From positions 1 to 48,818 of the forward strand of contig CAAGJL010000030.1 in NCBI GenBank assembly GCA_900770145.1: a stretch of 48,818 nt of DNA, written 5' to 3'. Below, piece after piece: positions 26,167-34,676 of this stretch (within the stretch, counting starts at the first letter, position 1; every line of letters starts with the position of its first letter). The notes under the pieces were generated by a model that was given only the letters and a program-made list of their open reading frames with translations, was not told the origin of the DNA and made no database searches. The position numbers and the translations under genes are program-made. This DNA comes from Clostridia bacterium. GTDB lineage: Bacteria; Bacillota; Clostridia; Oscillospirales; CAG-272.

Positions 26167-26535
26167 TCAGAAAAATTGCAACCGGGTGCCTTTTGGCGTG
26201 TGGCTGCGGTGATAGTGCCCCGCAAACTCCGCATACGCGGCGTTGAAGGCGGCGGCGCTGTTGTTGTATTTGGCGTACTCGTTGTTTGCAAAGTCGATCT
26301 GCGCCTCCAACCACCGCAGATACAGGTCGTCATAGGGTGCCGGCGCCAGCAGCACGGCACCGGTGGCGACCTCGTCATACCCGGCAAACGCCGCGCCGTC
26401 CCCGCCCTCATGCGCGTTGATGATTTCCGCCGTGATTCTGCCGTCCAGGCGGGAAAGCCAGCGGATTTTCTGCGCTTGCGAGTAGTTGTTCGGTTTGATG
26501 TTGTCCAGTTCGGTAATGGCTTCCAGAACGGTCAT
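26167..26535 (-). CDS. hypothetical head/neck-associated protein
   Basis: 122 aa, between the capsid and tail genes. Adaptor role inferred from position only. Confidence 0.65.
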   Translation of the reverse strand: MTVLEAITELDNIKPNNYSQAQKIRWLSRLDGRITAEIINAHEGGDGAAFAGYDEVATGAVLLAPAPYDDLYLRWLEAQIDFANNEYAKYNNSAAAFNAAYAEFAGHYHRSHTPKGTRLQFF

Positions 26536-26591
26536 ATGTCCCCCCTGTTTTCAGGCAAAGAGGAGCCGGTTTGCCCCCCTTTGCCGTTTTT

Positions 26592-26795
26592 TTATTTGCT
26601 CTTGTTTGCCTCTTGGAATTCGTAGTCCGCTTCTTCGGCTTCCTCTTTGTGTCGCAGAACCTCTGCCACACATTCGGGCACTTCCACTTCCACGCCCCGT
26701 TTGATCAGCCACGTCCGCTCGTTGACCGAAACGAACACGTCAGAGTCGTTGTCTTTCTCCCGCGGGATGCGGATTTTTACTGTTTTTTCTGCCAT
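26592..26795 (-). CDS. small hypothetical protein downstream of the capsid gene
   Basis: 67 aa with AAGGAG RBS. Confidence 0.6.
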   Translation of the reverse strand: MAEKTVKIRIPREKDNDSDVFVSVNERTWLIKRGVEVEVPECVAEVLRHKEEAEEADYEFQEANKSK

Positions 26796-26818
26796 GATTT
26801 GATTCTCCTTTCAGGCGC

Positions 26819-26844
26819 GGGGAGGGAGAGCCCCTCCCCTTTTT
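26819..26844. terminator. GC-rich hairpin after the capsid gene (T-tract on the + strand side)
   Basis: GGGGAGGG (26819-26826) pairs with CCCTCCCC (26832-26839), then TTTTT (26840-26844). On the coding (- strand) RNA the hairpin is preceded by A5 and lacks a U-tract. Confidence 0.4.
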
Positions 26845-26853
26845 GGTGTTCTG

Positions 26854-27930
26854 TCAGTTTGCCGCGGTGCTGTCCCAATCAGGGGAGCAGGATTCCACGC
26901 GCACCAGGTAGTTCGGGATCAGCAGTTCCGCGGTCTTGGTTGCTTTCCAGCCCACGGTGCTTCTCTGATCCAGCGGGTCTGCGGTGCCGGCAGAACCCTT
27001 CTGCTTCACGATGGTCTGAAGCCCGCCGCCCGTGACTTCGGTCACGCCGTAGGCGCCCTCGCCCATAAACAGCGTGGCGAATACGGCATGATGGGCGGCG
27101 CTCCCGTTTGCCGGGCAGGTGCTGTCGTTCCACACCTTTGCCTCGGTGGTCTGCACAAAGCGCACGCCCGCAAGCTCGCCGATCTCGCCCTCATACAGTT
27201 TGGTGGGGTCGGCGTATTTGTGCGCCTCAATCCATTCCGGGTCACGCATCAGATCATACGCCACATATGGGTGAATGATGGCAACATACTTGCCGCCGAT
27301 GGTGGGGGCGTTCTGCCCGCGGAGCTTTGCCACAACCTTCTGCACCATTTTTGCAGTCAGTTTGGCGGTGGTGTCCAGCCCCGCTCTGCCGGTCACGGCG
27401 GTCTCCGCGCCGCTTTCCACCTTCGGGCAGTAGGAAACATTCGTTCCGCCGACCAGTTTGTTCCGGGTCACGGTGTCCAGCGTTGCCCCTGCCTGTCTTC
27501 CCAGCAGTTTGGTCGCCTCCAGAATGGTGTTGTCCAGCGCGGTCAGCTCCAGCATGTCGGACTGCTGAATGTAATCGCCGTACTGCGAAACGGTTGCGGT
27601 CTGGCTGGTCACATCCAGCCGTTTGCCCACAGGGGTCACGCCCTCGGTGAGCGGCGTGGTCGCCTTGGGAAGGGAGGAAAATTTGCGGAATTCAATGGTC
27701 TTGCCGCCGTTTTTGGGGATGGGGCGCTTCTGCCCGAACTGATCGTGCACCAGCTGCGCGGATGCTTCGTCAATCAGGGTCATGTCGTAGAAGGTTTTCA
27801 TCTCCGCGGAAAGCCCGTTTGCCTCGGTCGGTTTGTACTCCCCGCTGCGGGTGTCGGTCGTGACGTTGGTATGCGTGGCGGTATCAGCCGCGAACAGCTG
27901 AAGGTCGATGTTTTCAAACAGTTTTTTCAT
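26854..27930 (-). CDS. major capsid protein
   Basis: 358 aa with AAGGAGA RBS, directly after the scaffold gene. TIEFRKFSSLPKATTPLTEGVTP resembles major capsid families I recall. N-terminal propeptide ends in DLQLFA (27889-27906). Confidence 0.85.
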   Translation of the reverse strand: MKKLFENIDLQLFAADTATHTNVTTDTRSGEYKPTEANGLSAEMKTFYDMTLIDEASAQLVHDQFGQKRPIPKNGGKTIEFRKFSSLPKATTPLTEGVTPVGKRLDVTSQTATVSQYGDYIQQSDMLELTALDNTILEATKLLGRQAGATLDTVTRNKLVGGTNVSYCPKVESGAETAVTGRAGLDTTAKLTAKMVQKVVAKLRGQNAPTIGGKYVAIIHPYVAYDLMRDPEWIEAHKYADPTKLYEGEIGELAGVRFVQTTEAKVWNDSTCPANGSAAHHAVFATLFMGEGAYGVTEVTGGGLQTIVKQKGSAGTADPLDQRSTVGWKATKTAELLIPNYLVRVESCSPDWDSTAAN

Positions 27931-27996
27931 TTTGAATCTCCTTATGTTTTTTGATTTTGGATGCCTTCTGTCAGGCTAAGGAGATCGGACCGGTTT

Positions 27997-28941
27997 TCAG
28001 AACCGGATCTTTTCTCCTCTTGCGACGCGGCGGATAATCTCCGCCCGGTCTTCTTTGGAGAGTTGCGACACATCACTCTTGATCACTGCGGACGACTGAG
28101 GACTGATGCCGTTTTCGGTCGGTCTTGCCCCGTTTGCGAGAATCCGGTTTACGGTTTTCTTCTGGGCTTGCTGTGCCGCATACCCCATGGCCGCCGGGAT
28201 GATTTCATCCTTATGTACCACCGTGAATGCCGTGTCCACATCAATCCCGCTACGCAAAAGGGACGCGAACTGCGGATTTTTGATTTCCTCGTTCAGGTCA
28301 AGGGAAGGATATTTCGCCTTGGCTCTCTCGGCTTGTTCGATCCAGCCTTCGTAGATCCGCCTGGCTTCCTTCTCCTGCTTCTGGCTGTCCATCTGCCGTT
28401 TCAGCTCGGCGTTTTCCCGCTCCAGTTTTTTCACCTCTTTGAGGCGCTCCACGGAAATCCCTTTTTCCAGCGCTTCCTCCTCGTAGTAGGAGTCGTCTTC
28501 CTCGATGGCTTTGACCAGCGCCCCGACATCGGAGGCGTCGGCGCCGTACTTCCGGGAGAGCATCTCCAGTACCGGAGTGAGCGCTTCGTACTTCTCGACA
28601 GTTTCCTTTGTGCTTTTCAGTCTCTTCTGAACGGTATCCTGCACCCTTGCGTTGTAGAGGTCTTTGTACTCGCCCTTGATGAGCTTTTCAAATTCCGCAG
28701 TGCGGTCAGGGGGGGCAGGCGTGCCGTCGTCCGTTTCCCCGGTGGCGGGTCGGGGGGAACTCTCCTGAATGCCGTATCTGACATTTGCAAGAGGGTTCTT
28801 TGCTGCCTGTTTTGCCTGCAGGTCGGAGGCACCTGCCGTTACTCCCGTTGTTCCGTCCGCTCCTGTGCCACCGTCTCCGCCCGTGCCTTCGGCAAACAGT
28901 TGGAGATCGAGGAGCGTCCGGTAAGTCTGTGCGTTTTTCAT
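27997..28941 (-). CDS. capsid scaffolding protein
   Basis: 314 aa from ATG 28941. Highly charged and helical (EEDDSYYEEEALEKG, KLERENAELKRQMDSQKQEKEARR). Sits between the Prp and capsid genes. N-terminal DLQLFA motif at 28891-28908. Confidence 0.8.
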   Translation of the reverse strand: MKNAQTYRTLLDLQLFAEGTGGDGGTGADGTTGVTAGASDLQAKQAAKNPLANVRYGIQESSPRPATGETDDGTPAPPDRTAEFEKLIKGEYKDLYNARVQDTVQKRLKSTKETVEKYEALTPVLEMLSRKYGADASDVGALVKAIEEDDSYYEEEALEKGISVERLKEVKKLERENAELKRQMDSQKQEKEARRIYEGWIEQAERAKAKYPSLDLNEEIKNPQFASLLRSGIDVDTAFTVVHKDEIIPAAMGYAAQQAQKKTVNRILANGARPTENGISPQSSAVIKSDVSQLSKEDRAEIIRRVARGEKIRF

Positions 28942-29082
28942 TGTTTTTCCCTTTCTGCCCGTCAGTGGGCGATCCTTCTGGTTTCTATCCGGGCGGAATT
29001 CTACCCGCCCAAAAGGCATTCGGGCAACCGCCGGGTTGCGCGGGATTGCCCTTAACCCTACCATACCAATGAGTCTGCCGGT

Positions 29083-29421
29083 CTACAGGTACCGGGTCAG
29101 TTTTACATACTGCGGGGTATTTTCCGCCAGCAGTTCCATCCCCGCAAGGATGACCGAGAAAATCCCCTTTGCCCGTTCGTATTCTTCTGCGGTCGCGGCG
29201 GTGCAGGAGATGTTTGCCGTCCCGTAGAAAAGGGACACGTCCACCTCCGCATACAGCCCGCCGGCGCGGTCGCGCATCAGGTTCTGCGCCAGGGTGTATA
29301 CCAGGATTGACGCGGCGGCGCACACAAGATCCTTGCCGTGCTCTGCCTGCCCCGCGTGCCCCGATACCGCCAGGTGCAACGTCCTGACGCCGTCCTTTTT
29401 TTCGTATACGATGTCAATCAT
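29083..29421 (-). CDS. prp: Prp-like (ribosomal-processing cysteine protease family) prohead protease
   Basis: 112 aa from ATG 29421. VSGHAGQAEHGKDLVCAAASILVYT matches the His/Cys signature of the Prp (DUF464) family as I recall it. Confidence 0.75.
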   Translation of the reverse strand: MIDIVYEKKDGVRTLHLAVSGHAGQAEHGKDLVCAAASILVYTLAQNLMRDRAGGLYAEVDVSLFYGTANISCTAATAEEYERAKGIFSVILAGMELLAENTPQYVKLTRYL

Positions 29422-29558
29422 TCCGTTGCCGCCGTCCCTTGGTTGAAGTTTACCGTTACAACCATTTTCGGGCAGTCTCTGCCGAGTTTCTCGCAATATC
29501 CGCAGGGGAGCCGGTACGGGCAGAACGCGTTACCGTCATTCAGAGTATAAGAATTCAT
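29418..29558 (-). CDS. small Cys-rich hypothetical protein
   Basis: 46 aa with AAGGAGG RBS 5 nt before ATG 29558. CPYRLPCGYCEKLGRDC. ATGA overlap with the prp start. Confidence 0.5.
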   Translation of the reverse strand: MNSYTLNDGNAFCPYRLPCGYCEKLGRDCPKMVVTVNFNQGTAATE

Positions 29559-29568
29559 TGCTTCCTCC

Positions 29569-31605
29569 TTACGTCGGGCTGGTGGATTCCGCCACCCGCT
29601 CTCTTGCTTTTTTGGTGGTGGCGGTCTCTCCGCCACCCGCCTCCCCGCCAAGGGCTTCTTTATCCGTTGCGGTGACCTCTGCCGCCGCAGGGGCGGCAAG
29701 CCCGTATTGCTGTGCAATCCCTGCGGACACCGCGCCGGTGCCGCCGTCCAGCATCTTTGCCAGCATCATCAGCTGCTGCAGCATTCCGCCGTTTTGCGAA
29801 ACCTTCTGCACGATGAATTCTTTGCGGTCAAAATCCATCATATCCAGGCACGCAAGCGCCTGATCTGCCATGGAGGGGTTGAAAAACCCGGCCTGATAAA
29901 ACTGCAACGCCAACTCGTTCTGGCTCATCTTGCTGTACGGGTTTTGCTTCTGCGCCGTGATGTCAATGTCAAACAGGGGCACGCGAAAGCCCATATCCAT
30001 CCCGAAATCCGCCCCTTGCGCCTGGGGCTGAATTCCCTGATTGCTGTATTGCACAAAGCGCGCGGCGCCCCCTTCGCCCATAATGCGGAAGCACCGGGGC
30101 GTGTCATAAAATTGCCGGATCAGTTCCACACACAACAAGCACACCCGGCGGAACGCCCGGTACGACGCCTTGATGTTGTCCCTGGACAGTTTGCTGCCCG
30201 CCTCCTGCATCGCCGCAATGGCGGAAGCCGCCGTTACGCCGCTTGCCGTGCCGCCCGTGGAAATATCCCGGTTGCCCGTGGTTTCTTTGAGTTCGTCAAT
30301 TTTGCTGTTCAGCACCGATACATAAATGCTGTTCAGGGGCTTGCCCTGAATGGGCAGCACGTTGTCCTCCCCGATGTTTCCCTCTACGTGCACAAAGTCT
30401 TTTTCCAGGTCCGCATATTCCGCTTCGTTGACCCCGCCGCCGTTCCGCACGAAATACCGGGGTTTGACGTTTGCCAGCATATTCTCCAAAATCGCCTGGT
30501 TGCCCCGGTCGATGTACTGCTGTGCGTCCTTGCCCACGTCAATGTAGCCAAAGCCGGTGGGCGTGCCCTCTACGGGAAACAGCGCGTCAAACACAAACGG
30601 GTATTCCCCATGGTCGTACCACCCGCGCCCCGCATACGCCGGGTCGTTCTCGGTGGCAAACAGCACGGTATCATTCACATATTTGCAGTAGTGCAGCACC
30701 TTTTTGCCGCCCTCGTATCTGTGATAGTACCAGTCCACCACCACAGACTTGCCGGAGGTGTCCACCTTGTCGTCATAGACGTATCTGGCAACGTCAATGC
30801 CGCCGGAGCCGAGCTTGCCGGCAAGCGCCGGGTAAGCCTCCTCCAGGGCTTCGTTGTCGGTCAGTTCTACGTGAAACAGGTTGCGCGAGTGCCGGATGTC
30901 CGTAATCCCCGGCTCCCAGAACAGATTCAGCAGATCCACCTTGCGGATGGCAATATCGCCGAGACCGTTCAGGCGGGACTTATCCCAGAACACCCCGTAA
31001 ACGCCGGTGCCGGTTTTGAGCTTGTACATCCACACGTCGGAGTACACCTGCTCAAATTCGCACTGATCCAGCACCACCGGGAGAATGGAGGAAAGCATCT
31101 GCGCCTCGGCTCTGTCCCCCTCCTCCCGCGGCAGGATATTGGGGGAGGGAAAGTTGTCCATCGCGTCGGCGTGCTTGTTGGCAATGCTGTTGAACAGCCA
31201 TGCGGAAACCGGCTTTACACGGTCGTCCCTGCTTCTCATGCACTCCCAGTGGCGCAGTTTGTACCACTGCTCGTTGTCCACGATCTTCCGCTCCAGGTTT
31301 GCCTTGCCCTCCTTGTATCGGTTCAGGGTCTGGTTTGCCTTCTGTATCTGCTCTCTGCCGATGGGCGGGAGCCTCCGGAAGCCGCCCGCGGCGGCGCTCT
31401 GACCAGGCTCCTGCCCGCCCGGCATCATCGGCTGCCCGTCCGGCTCTCTTTGTCCGTTTGCCGCCGTTGCCTGTCCGGCAAGAAAATCGGCGGCGGTCGG
31501 CTGCGGGGCGCTCTGCCGCCGCGCCATCTGGTCTCCCACGGCAGGAGCCACGCCCACCCGCAGGGGCGTTTTTTCCTGCGGGTTTTTGTCTTTTTCGCTG
31601 TTCAT
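29569..31605 (-). CDS. portal protein
   Basis: 678 aa from ATG 31605 (GGAGG RBS overlapping the TerL stop). Size and position directly after TerL. Disordered Q/P/G/A-rich N-terminal extension. Confidence 0.8.
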   Translation of the reverse strand: MNSEKDKNPQEKTPLRVGVAPAVGDQMARRQSAPQPTAADFLAGQATAANGQREPDGQPMMPGGQEPGQSAAAGGFRRLPPIGREQIQKANQTLNRYKEGKANLERKIVDNEQWYKLRHWECMRSRDDRVKPVSAWLFNSIANKHADAMDNFPSPNILPREEGDRAEAQMLSSILPVVLDQCEFEQVYSDVWMYKLKTGTGVYGVFWDKSRLNGLGDIAIRKVDLLNLFWEPGITDIRHSRNLFHVELTDNEALEEAYPALAGKLGSGGIDVARYVYDDKVDTSGKSVVVDWYYHRYEGGKKVLHYCKYVNDTVLFATENDPAYAGRGWYDHGEYPFVFDALFPVEGTPTGFGYIDVGKDAQQYIDRGNQAILENMLANVKPRYFVRNGGGVNEAEYADLEKDFVHVEGNIGEDNVLPIQGKPLNSIYVSVLNSKIDELKETTGNRDISTGGTASGVTAASAIAAMQEAGSKLSRDNIKASYRAFRRVCLLCVELIRQFYDTPRCFRIMGEGGAARFVQYSNQGIQPQAQGADFGMDMGFRVPLFDIDITAQKQNPYSKMSQNELALQFYQAGFFNPSMADQALACLDMMDFDRKEFIVQKVSQNGGMLQQLMMLAKMLDGGTGAVSAGIAQQYGLAAPAAAEVTATDKEALGGEAGGGETATTKKARERVAESTSPT

Positions 31606-31609
31606 CTTC

Positions 31610-33025
31610 TTATCCTCCGATGATTTCCACACGGGATTTTACGGGTTTCGGCAGGATGTCCTCTTTCGGGATGTCCAGTGCCGTGTATTGGGGGGATCGG
31701 TAATAGGAATCCTCCGGCAGGGTCATGCGCGGGCGGATCGGTCTTGACATACAGAAGTACCGCACCTCGTCCGCCACGTGATCCTCTCCGGCGGTGTCCA
31801 GGTCTTCGGGTCTGTGCCCGTCGTACATCAGCAACGGAATCGTGCGGATGAACGCCTTGCAGTTAGAAAACACATACATCATCGGGTAGCCGTTTTCGTC
31901 AAACGCCATCCGGTAGTGCATCTGCATCCACCCTGCAATGCGCTCATGGTCGCCCTTGGAGAAATACACCCGGTAGCGCGCCGCCCGCTCGGCAAGGCTC
32001 TCGCCGGTCTCGGCGTTCCAGATTGCCGGGTCTGCCACCCCCTGAATGTTCCTGCCCTTCAGCCACGGGTGCTCGCATTCCGTCCGGTGGATTTCCGCAA
32101 ACACCTTGTCGGGCGTCCATTTCACGCCCTCGTTCGGGGTCTTGGTACAGCCGTACAGTTCCAGTATCCGATACAGAACGCCGTCGTAGTCCACCGCCCA
32201 CCAACCGCAGGAAAACGGGCGGTTATACCCCCAGTCAAACGACCGGTAGACCGTCCATCCGTCCGGGATTTCAAACGGCTGTATCACGTGCGTGTACTGC
32301 CGGTCACGATAGTGTTCGGGGCGGTCTGCAAATTCTTCAAAAAACTGCCCCTCGTATACGTCCCAGGAGCCGTACAGCCACGCCTCGCGCAGTTTCGGGG
32401 GCAGCGCCTCCAACTGGCGGATGTAATCGGGCTGTGCGGTCATCAATGCTTTGTTGTCGGTCACAAGACTCTGAATAAAGGTGTAGTCGGCGGGGTTTTC
32501 CCCGTCCTCATACCGCCTGTCCACAAAAATTCTCTTGATGTATTGGTGCCCCTGCCCCCCGGGGTTGCAGGTGTAATACACCCGCTTCGGAAAATCGTTG
32601 ACGCCGCGCAGGCACGCCGTGATGGTTTTCATCTGATACTCGGAGAGCTGCGTCGCCTCGTCCAGAAAAATCACGTCGTATTCCACGCCCTGCAACCGGT
32701 CAAGGTCCTGATCCTTGGCGCAATACGCAAAATTCACGGTGCTGCCGTTCACAAACCTCAGCACCTTGTCCTTGTCGTGGTACCGGGCAACGTCTCCGAG
32801 TTCCGCGCGCAGAATGTTGATGTGGTTATTGATCAGTTCCGGGTAGGTTCTGCGCACAATCAGAATGCGGATGCCCGCGTACCGGAGCGCCAGCAGTTTT
32901 GCCTTGGTCCGCACCGCCCACGATTTTCCGCCGCCGCGCGCCCCGCCGAACGCGATGTGCTTGCTTGCCGCGCGCAGAAACAGTTTTTGCTTTTCGGAGG
33001 GGGCGTCCATGTGCAGGATTGTCAC
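31610..33025 (-). CDS. terL: terminase large subunit
   Basis: Walker A GGARGGGKSW and Walker B VIFLDEAT, with a nuclease-type C-terminal half. GTG 33025 overlaps the terS stop (GTGA). ATG 33010 is an alternative start. Confidence 0.9.
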   Translation of the reverse strand: MTILHMDAPSEKQKLFLRAASKHIAFGGARGGGKSWAVRTKAKLLALRYAGIRILIVRRTYPELINNHINILRAELGDVARYHDKDKVLRFVNGSTVNFAYCAKDQDLDRLQGVEYDVIFLDEATQLSEYQMKTITACLRGVNDFPKRVYYTCNPGGQGHQYIKRIFVDRRYEDGENPADYTFIQSLVTDNKALMTAQPDYIRQLEALPPKLREAWLYGSWDVYEGQFFEEFADRPEHYRDRQYTHVIQPFEIPDGWTVYRSFDWGYNRPFSCGWWAVDYDGVLYRILELYGCTKTPNEGVKWTPDKVFAEIHRTECEHPWLKGRNIQGVADPAIWNAETGESLAERAARYRVYFSKGDHERIAGWMQMHYRMAFDENGYPMMYVFSNCKAFIRTIPLLMYDGHRPEDLDTAGEDHVADEVRYFCMSRPIRPRMTLPEDSYYRSPQYTALDIPKEDILPKPVKSRVEIIGG

Positions 33026-33501
33026 TTTGCAAAATCCTCCGTCCCGCCGGGCATCAGAACCGTAATCTGCGTGTCCTTTGCCGCGTCCGCCTGTGCGTCC
33101 TGTTTCAGCTTCTGAATCCTTGCCTGCTGTTCCTCCACGTCCAGCTCCGGTCGGATACCCTTGATCTCCCGCAGGTCTTTCAACGCCCCCGTGATGTCGC
33201 GGAAACCCCGCCCGCAACAGGCGATGGCGATGGAGCCGTCGTCAATCCCGTCGCTGATCATTTTCAGCAGTTTGTCCGAGATGGCCCCGAACAGGTCTTC
33301 CCGTTCCGCCTCCCGGCGCGCCACGGAATCCGCGAGTTTTGCATCCAGTTTCATTCCCGTTTCTTTCCGCAGTTCCGACCATTTTTCTCTCATCGCCACC
33401 TTGGAAAGCGTGCTGACGGAAACACCGTATTTTTCCGCCAGTTTTCGGTGGCTGCAGCCTCCCCGGAGATACTCTGCCTTGATTTTCTTCCAGTCCGGCA
33501 T
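33022..33501 (-). CDS. terS: terminase small subunit
   Basis: 159 aa with GAGGAGG RBS. N-terminal HTH (CSHRKLAEKYGVSVSTLSKV). Directly upstream of terL. Confidence 0.8.
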   Translation of the reverse strand: MPDWKKIKAEYLRGGCSHRKLAEKYGVSVSTLSKVAMREKWSELRKETGMKLDAKLADSVARREAEREDLFGAISDKLLKMISDGIDDGSIAIACCGRGFRDITGALKDLREIKGIRPELDVEEQQARIQKLKQDAQADAAKDTQITVLMPGGTEDFAK

Positions 33502-33549
33502 CGCATACCTCCTCTTTTGATTCCATTTTACAATGGGTACCCGTGAATT

Positions 33550-33563
33550 TTATATACCCACCC
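33550..33563 (-). promoter_or_regulatory. GGGTGGGTATATAA motif (copy 2), candidate late promoter element
   Basis: An exact 14-mer is shared with 11320-11333. It ends 48 nt upstream of the terS ATG and lies just downstream of the early-operon terminator. Confidence 0.4.
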
Positions 33564-33580
33564 CGGCAGAATATTTCCCG

Positions 33581-33621
33581 AAAAAAACACCCCCACGGAT
33601 TCCTCCGTGAGGGCATCTTTT
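33581..33621. terminator. intrinsic terminator between the early and late regions
   Basis: Stem CCCCACGG (33591-33598) pairs with CCGTGAGGG (33605-33613, one bulge). It is flanked by A7 (U7 on the - strand RNA) and by TTTTT on the + strand. Confidence 0.65.
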
Positions 33622-33839
33622 TCACCCGCAGTGCCACTTGCACCGCATTCCGTTTCATCTTCTCCCGTTCCGTCCCCTTGCGTATTGCTTCCGGATGATC
33701 CGCGCCTTCCCCGCTGTCATGCAAGGCGCATTTTCAAGCAGCCGCCCGGCATACTCTTTTTCCCGCCGCGCCCAAGAATCCCACCGCGCGCGGCTCGTTT
33801 ACAATCTCCTTACCCGTCTCGTTGTCGATTACAAGCACT

Positions 33840-34355
33840 TTAAGTCCTTTTTTCATTTGATTCTACACCTTTCATAAAACAAAGCCAATGTGTTTTCATT
33901 TGCTTTCCGCTCTTATGCCCAAACAGCGGTTCTGCTCCGATAGCGTCAATGATTTTGCGGGTTGGTATATCAAACTCATTCCACTTAAAAATCAGCGTTC
34001 CATATGGTTTTAAGACACGCATACATTCCCAAAATCCATTGTGAATAAGTTGCGGCCAATTCTCTGGGAGTTTTCCGTACTTTTTCCGAAGCCACGCGTT
34101 TTCTCCAAGATGTACAAGGTGTGGCGGGTCAAACACGACCAATTCAAAAGATTCATCCGCAAATGGCATTTTCGTAAAATCTCCAATGATATCCGGCGTC
34201 ACATCAATCGTTCTGACAGAATCGTTCTTGGTGCTTCTCCAAATTGCCGTTCCGTGTTCTTCTCTGCAATCAAAATAGACGGCAGCAGGGCAATTTTTGT
34301 CAAACCATATTGTTCGAGATCCGCAGGTAGCGTCCAATATATGTTTATCTGTCAT
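33840..34355 (-). CDS. small SAM-dependent (probably DNA N6-A/N4-C) methyltransferase
   Basis: 171 aa. Motif I-like ILDATCGSRT and catalytic-type VVFDPPH. Lies in an AT-rich segment. Confidence 0.7.
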   Translation of the reverse strand: MTDKHILDATCGSRTIWFDKNCPAAVYFDCREEHGTAIWRSTKNDSVRTIDVTPDIIGDFTKMPFADESFELVVFDPPHLVHLGENAWLRKKYGKLPENWPQLIHNGFWECMRVLKPYGTLIFKWNEFDIPTRKIIDAIGAEPLFGHKSGKQMKTHWLCFMKGVESNEKRT

Positions 34356-34676
34356 TCACTTTTCCTCCAAATCCATCTTCGCGCCGCAGTTCGGGCAATA
34401 TTTTGGGTTTTCCATCGAATAAATACGAGGATCTATGTGGCATACACTGCACTCCCAACAATAACCAATATCAATAGGATATAATTGCCATTTTCCATGC
34501 CTGACTTCCTGAACATCGGCTGTCGATGCTTTGAATAATACAATTTTTTCAGCTTCCGCGAATCCCTCAGCAAGGTTGTCAAGCTGTGTTTCTCCTGCTT
34601 CGATCAGCTTTTGTGTTTCCTTAAATTTTTCATCAAACAGATCCGGAATGGTTTCCGCGTCAATGTATCTCGGCAT
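34356..34676 (-). CDS. hypothetical protein with C-terminal zinc-ribbon
   Basis: 106 aa from ATG 34676 (MPRYIDAETIPDLF...). CWECSVC...CPNCG. Confidence 0.6.
   Translation of the reverse strand: MPRYIDAETIPDLFDEKFKETQKLIEAGETQLDNLAEGFAEAEKIVLFKASTADVQEVRHGKWQLYPIDIGYCWECSVCHIDPRIYSMENPKYCPNCGAKMDLEEK

Noticed and set aside
33614-33839. Short - strand ORFs between the methyltransferase gene and the early terminator. One is a GTG-started 34-aa ORF (MLVIDNETGKEIVNEPRAVGFLGAAGKRVCRAAA). It has a possible +1 continuation (...KEYAGRLLENAPCMTAGKARIIRKQYARG...) across a GGGAAAAAG run.
   Set aside because: Each frame is very short. The frameshift idea rests only on an A-run and a plausible-looking peptide, with no recognisable domain. 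The region is left unannotated.
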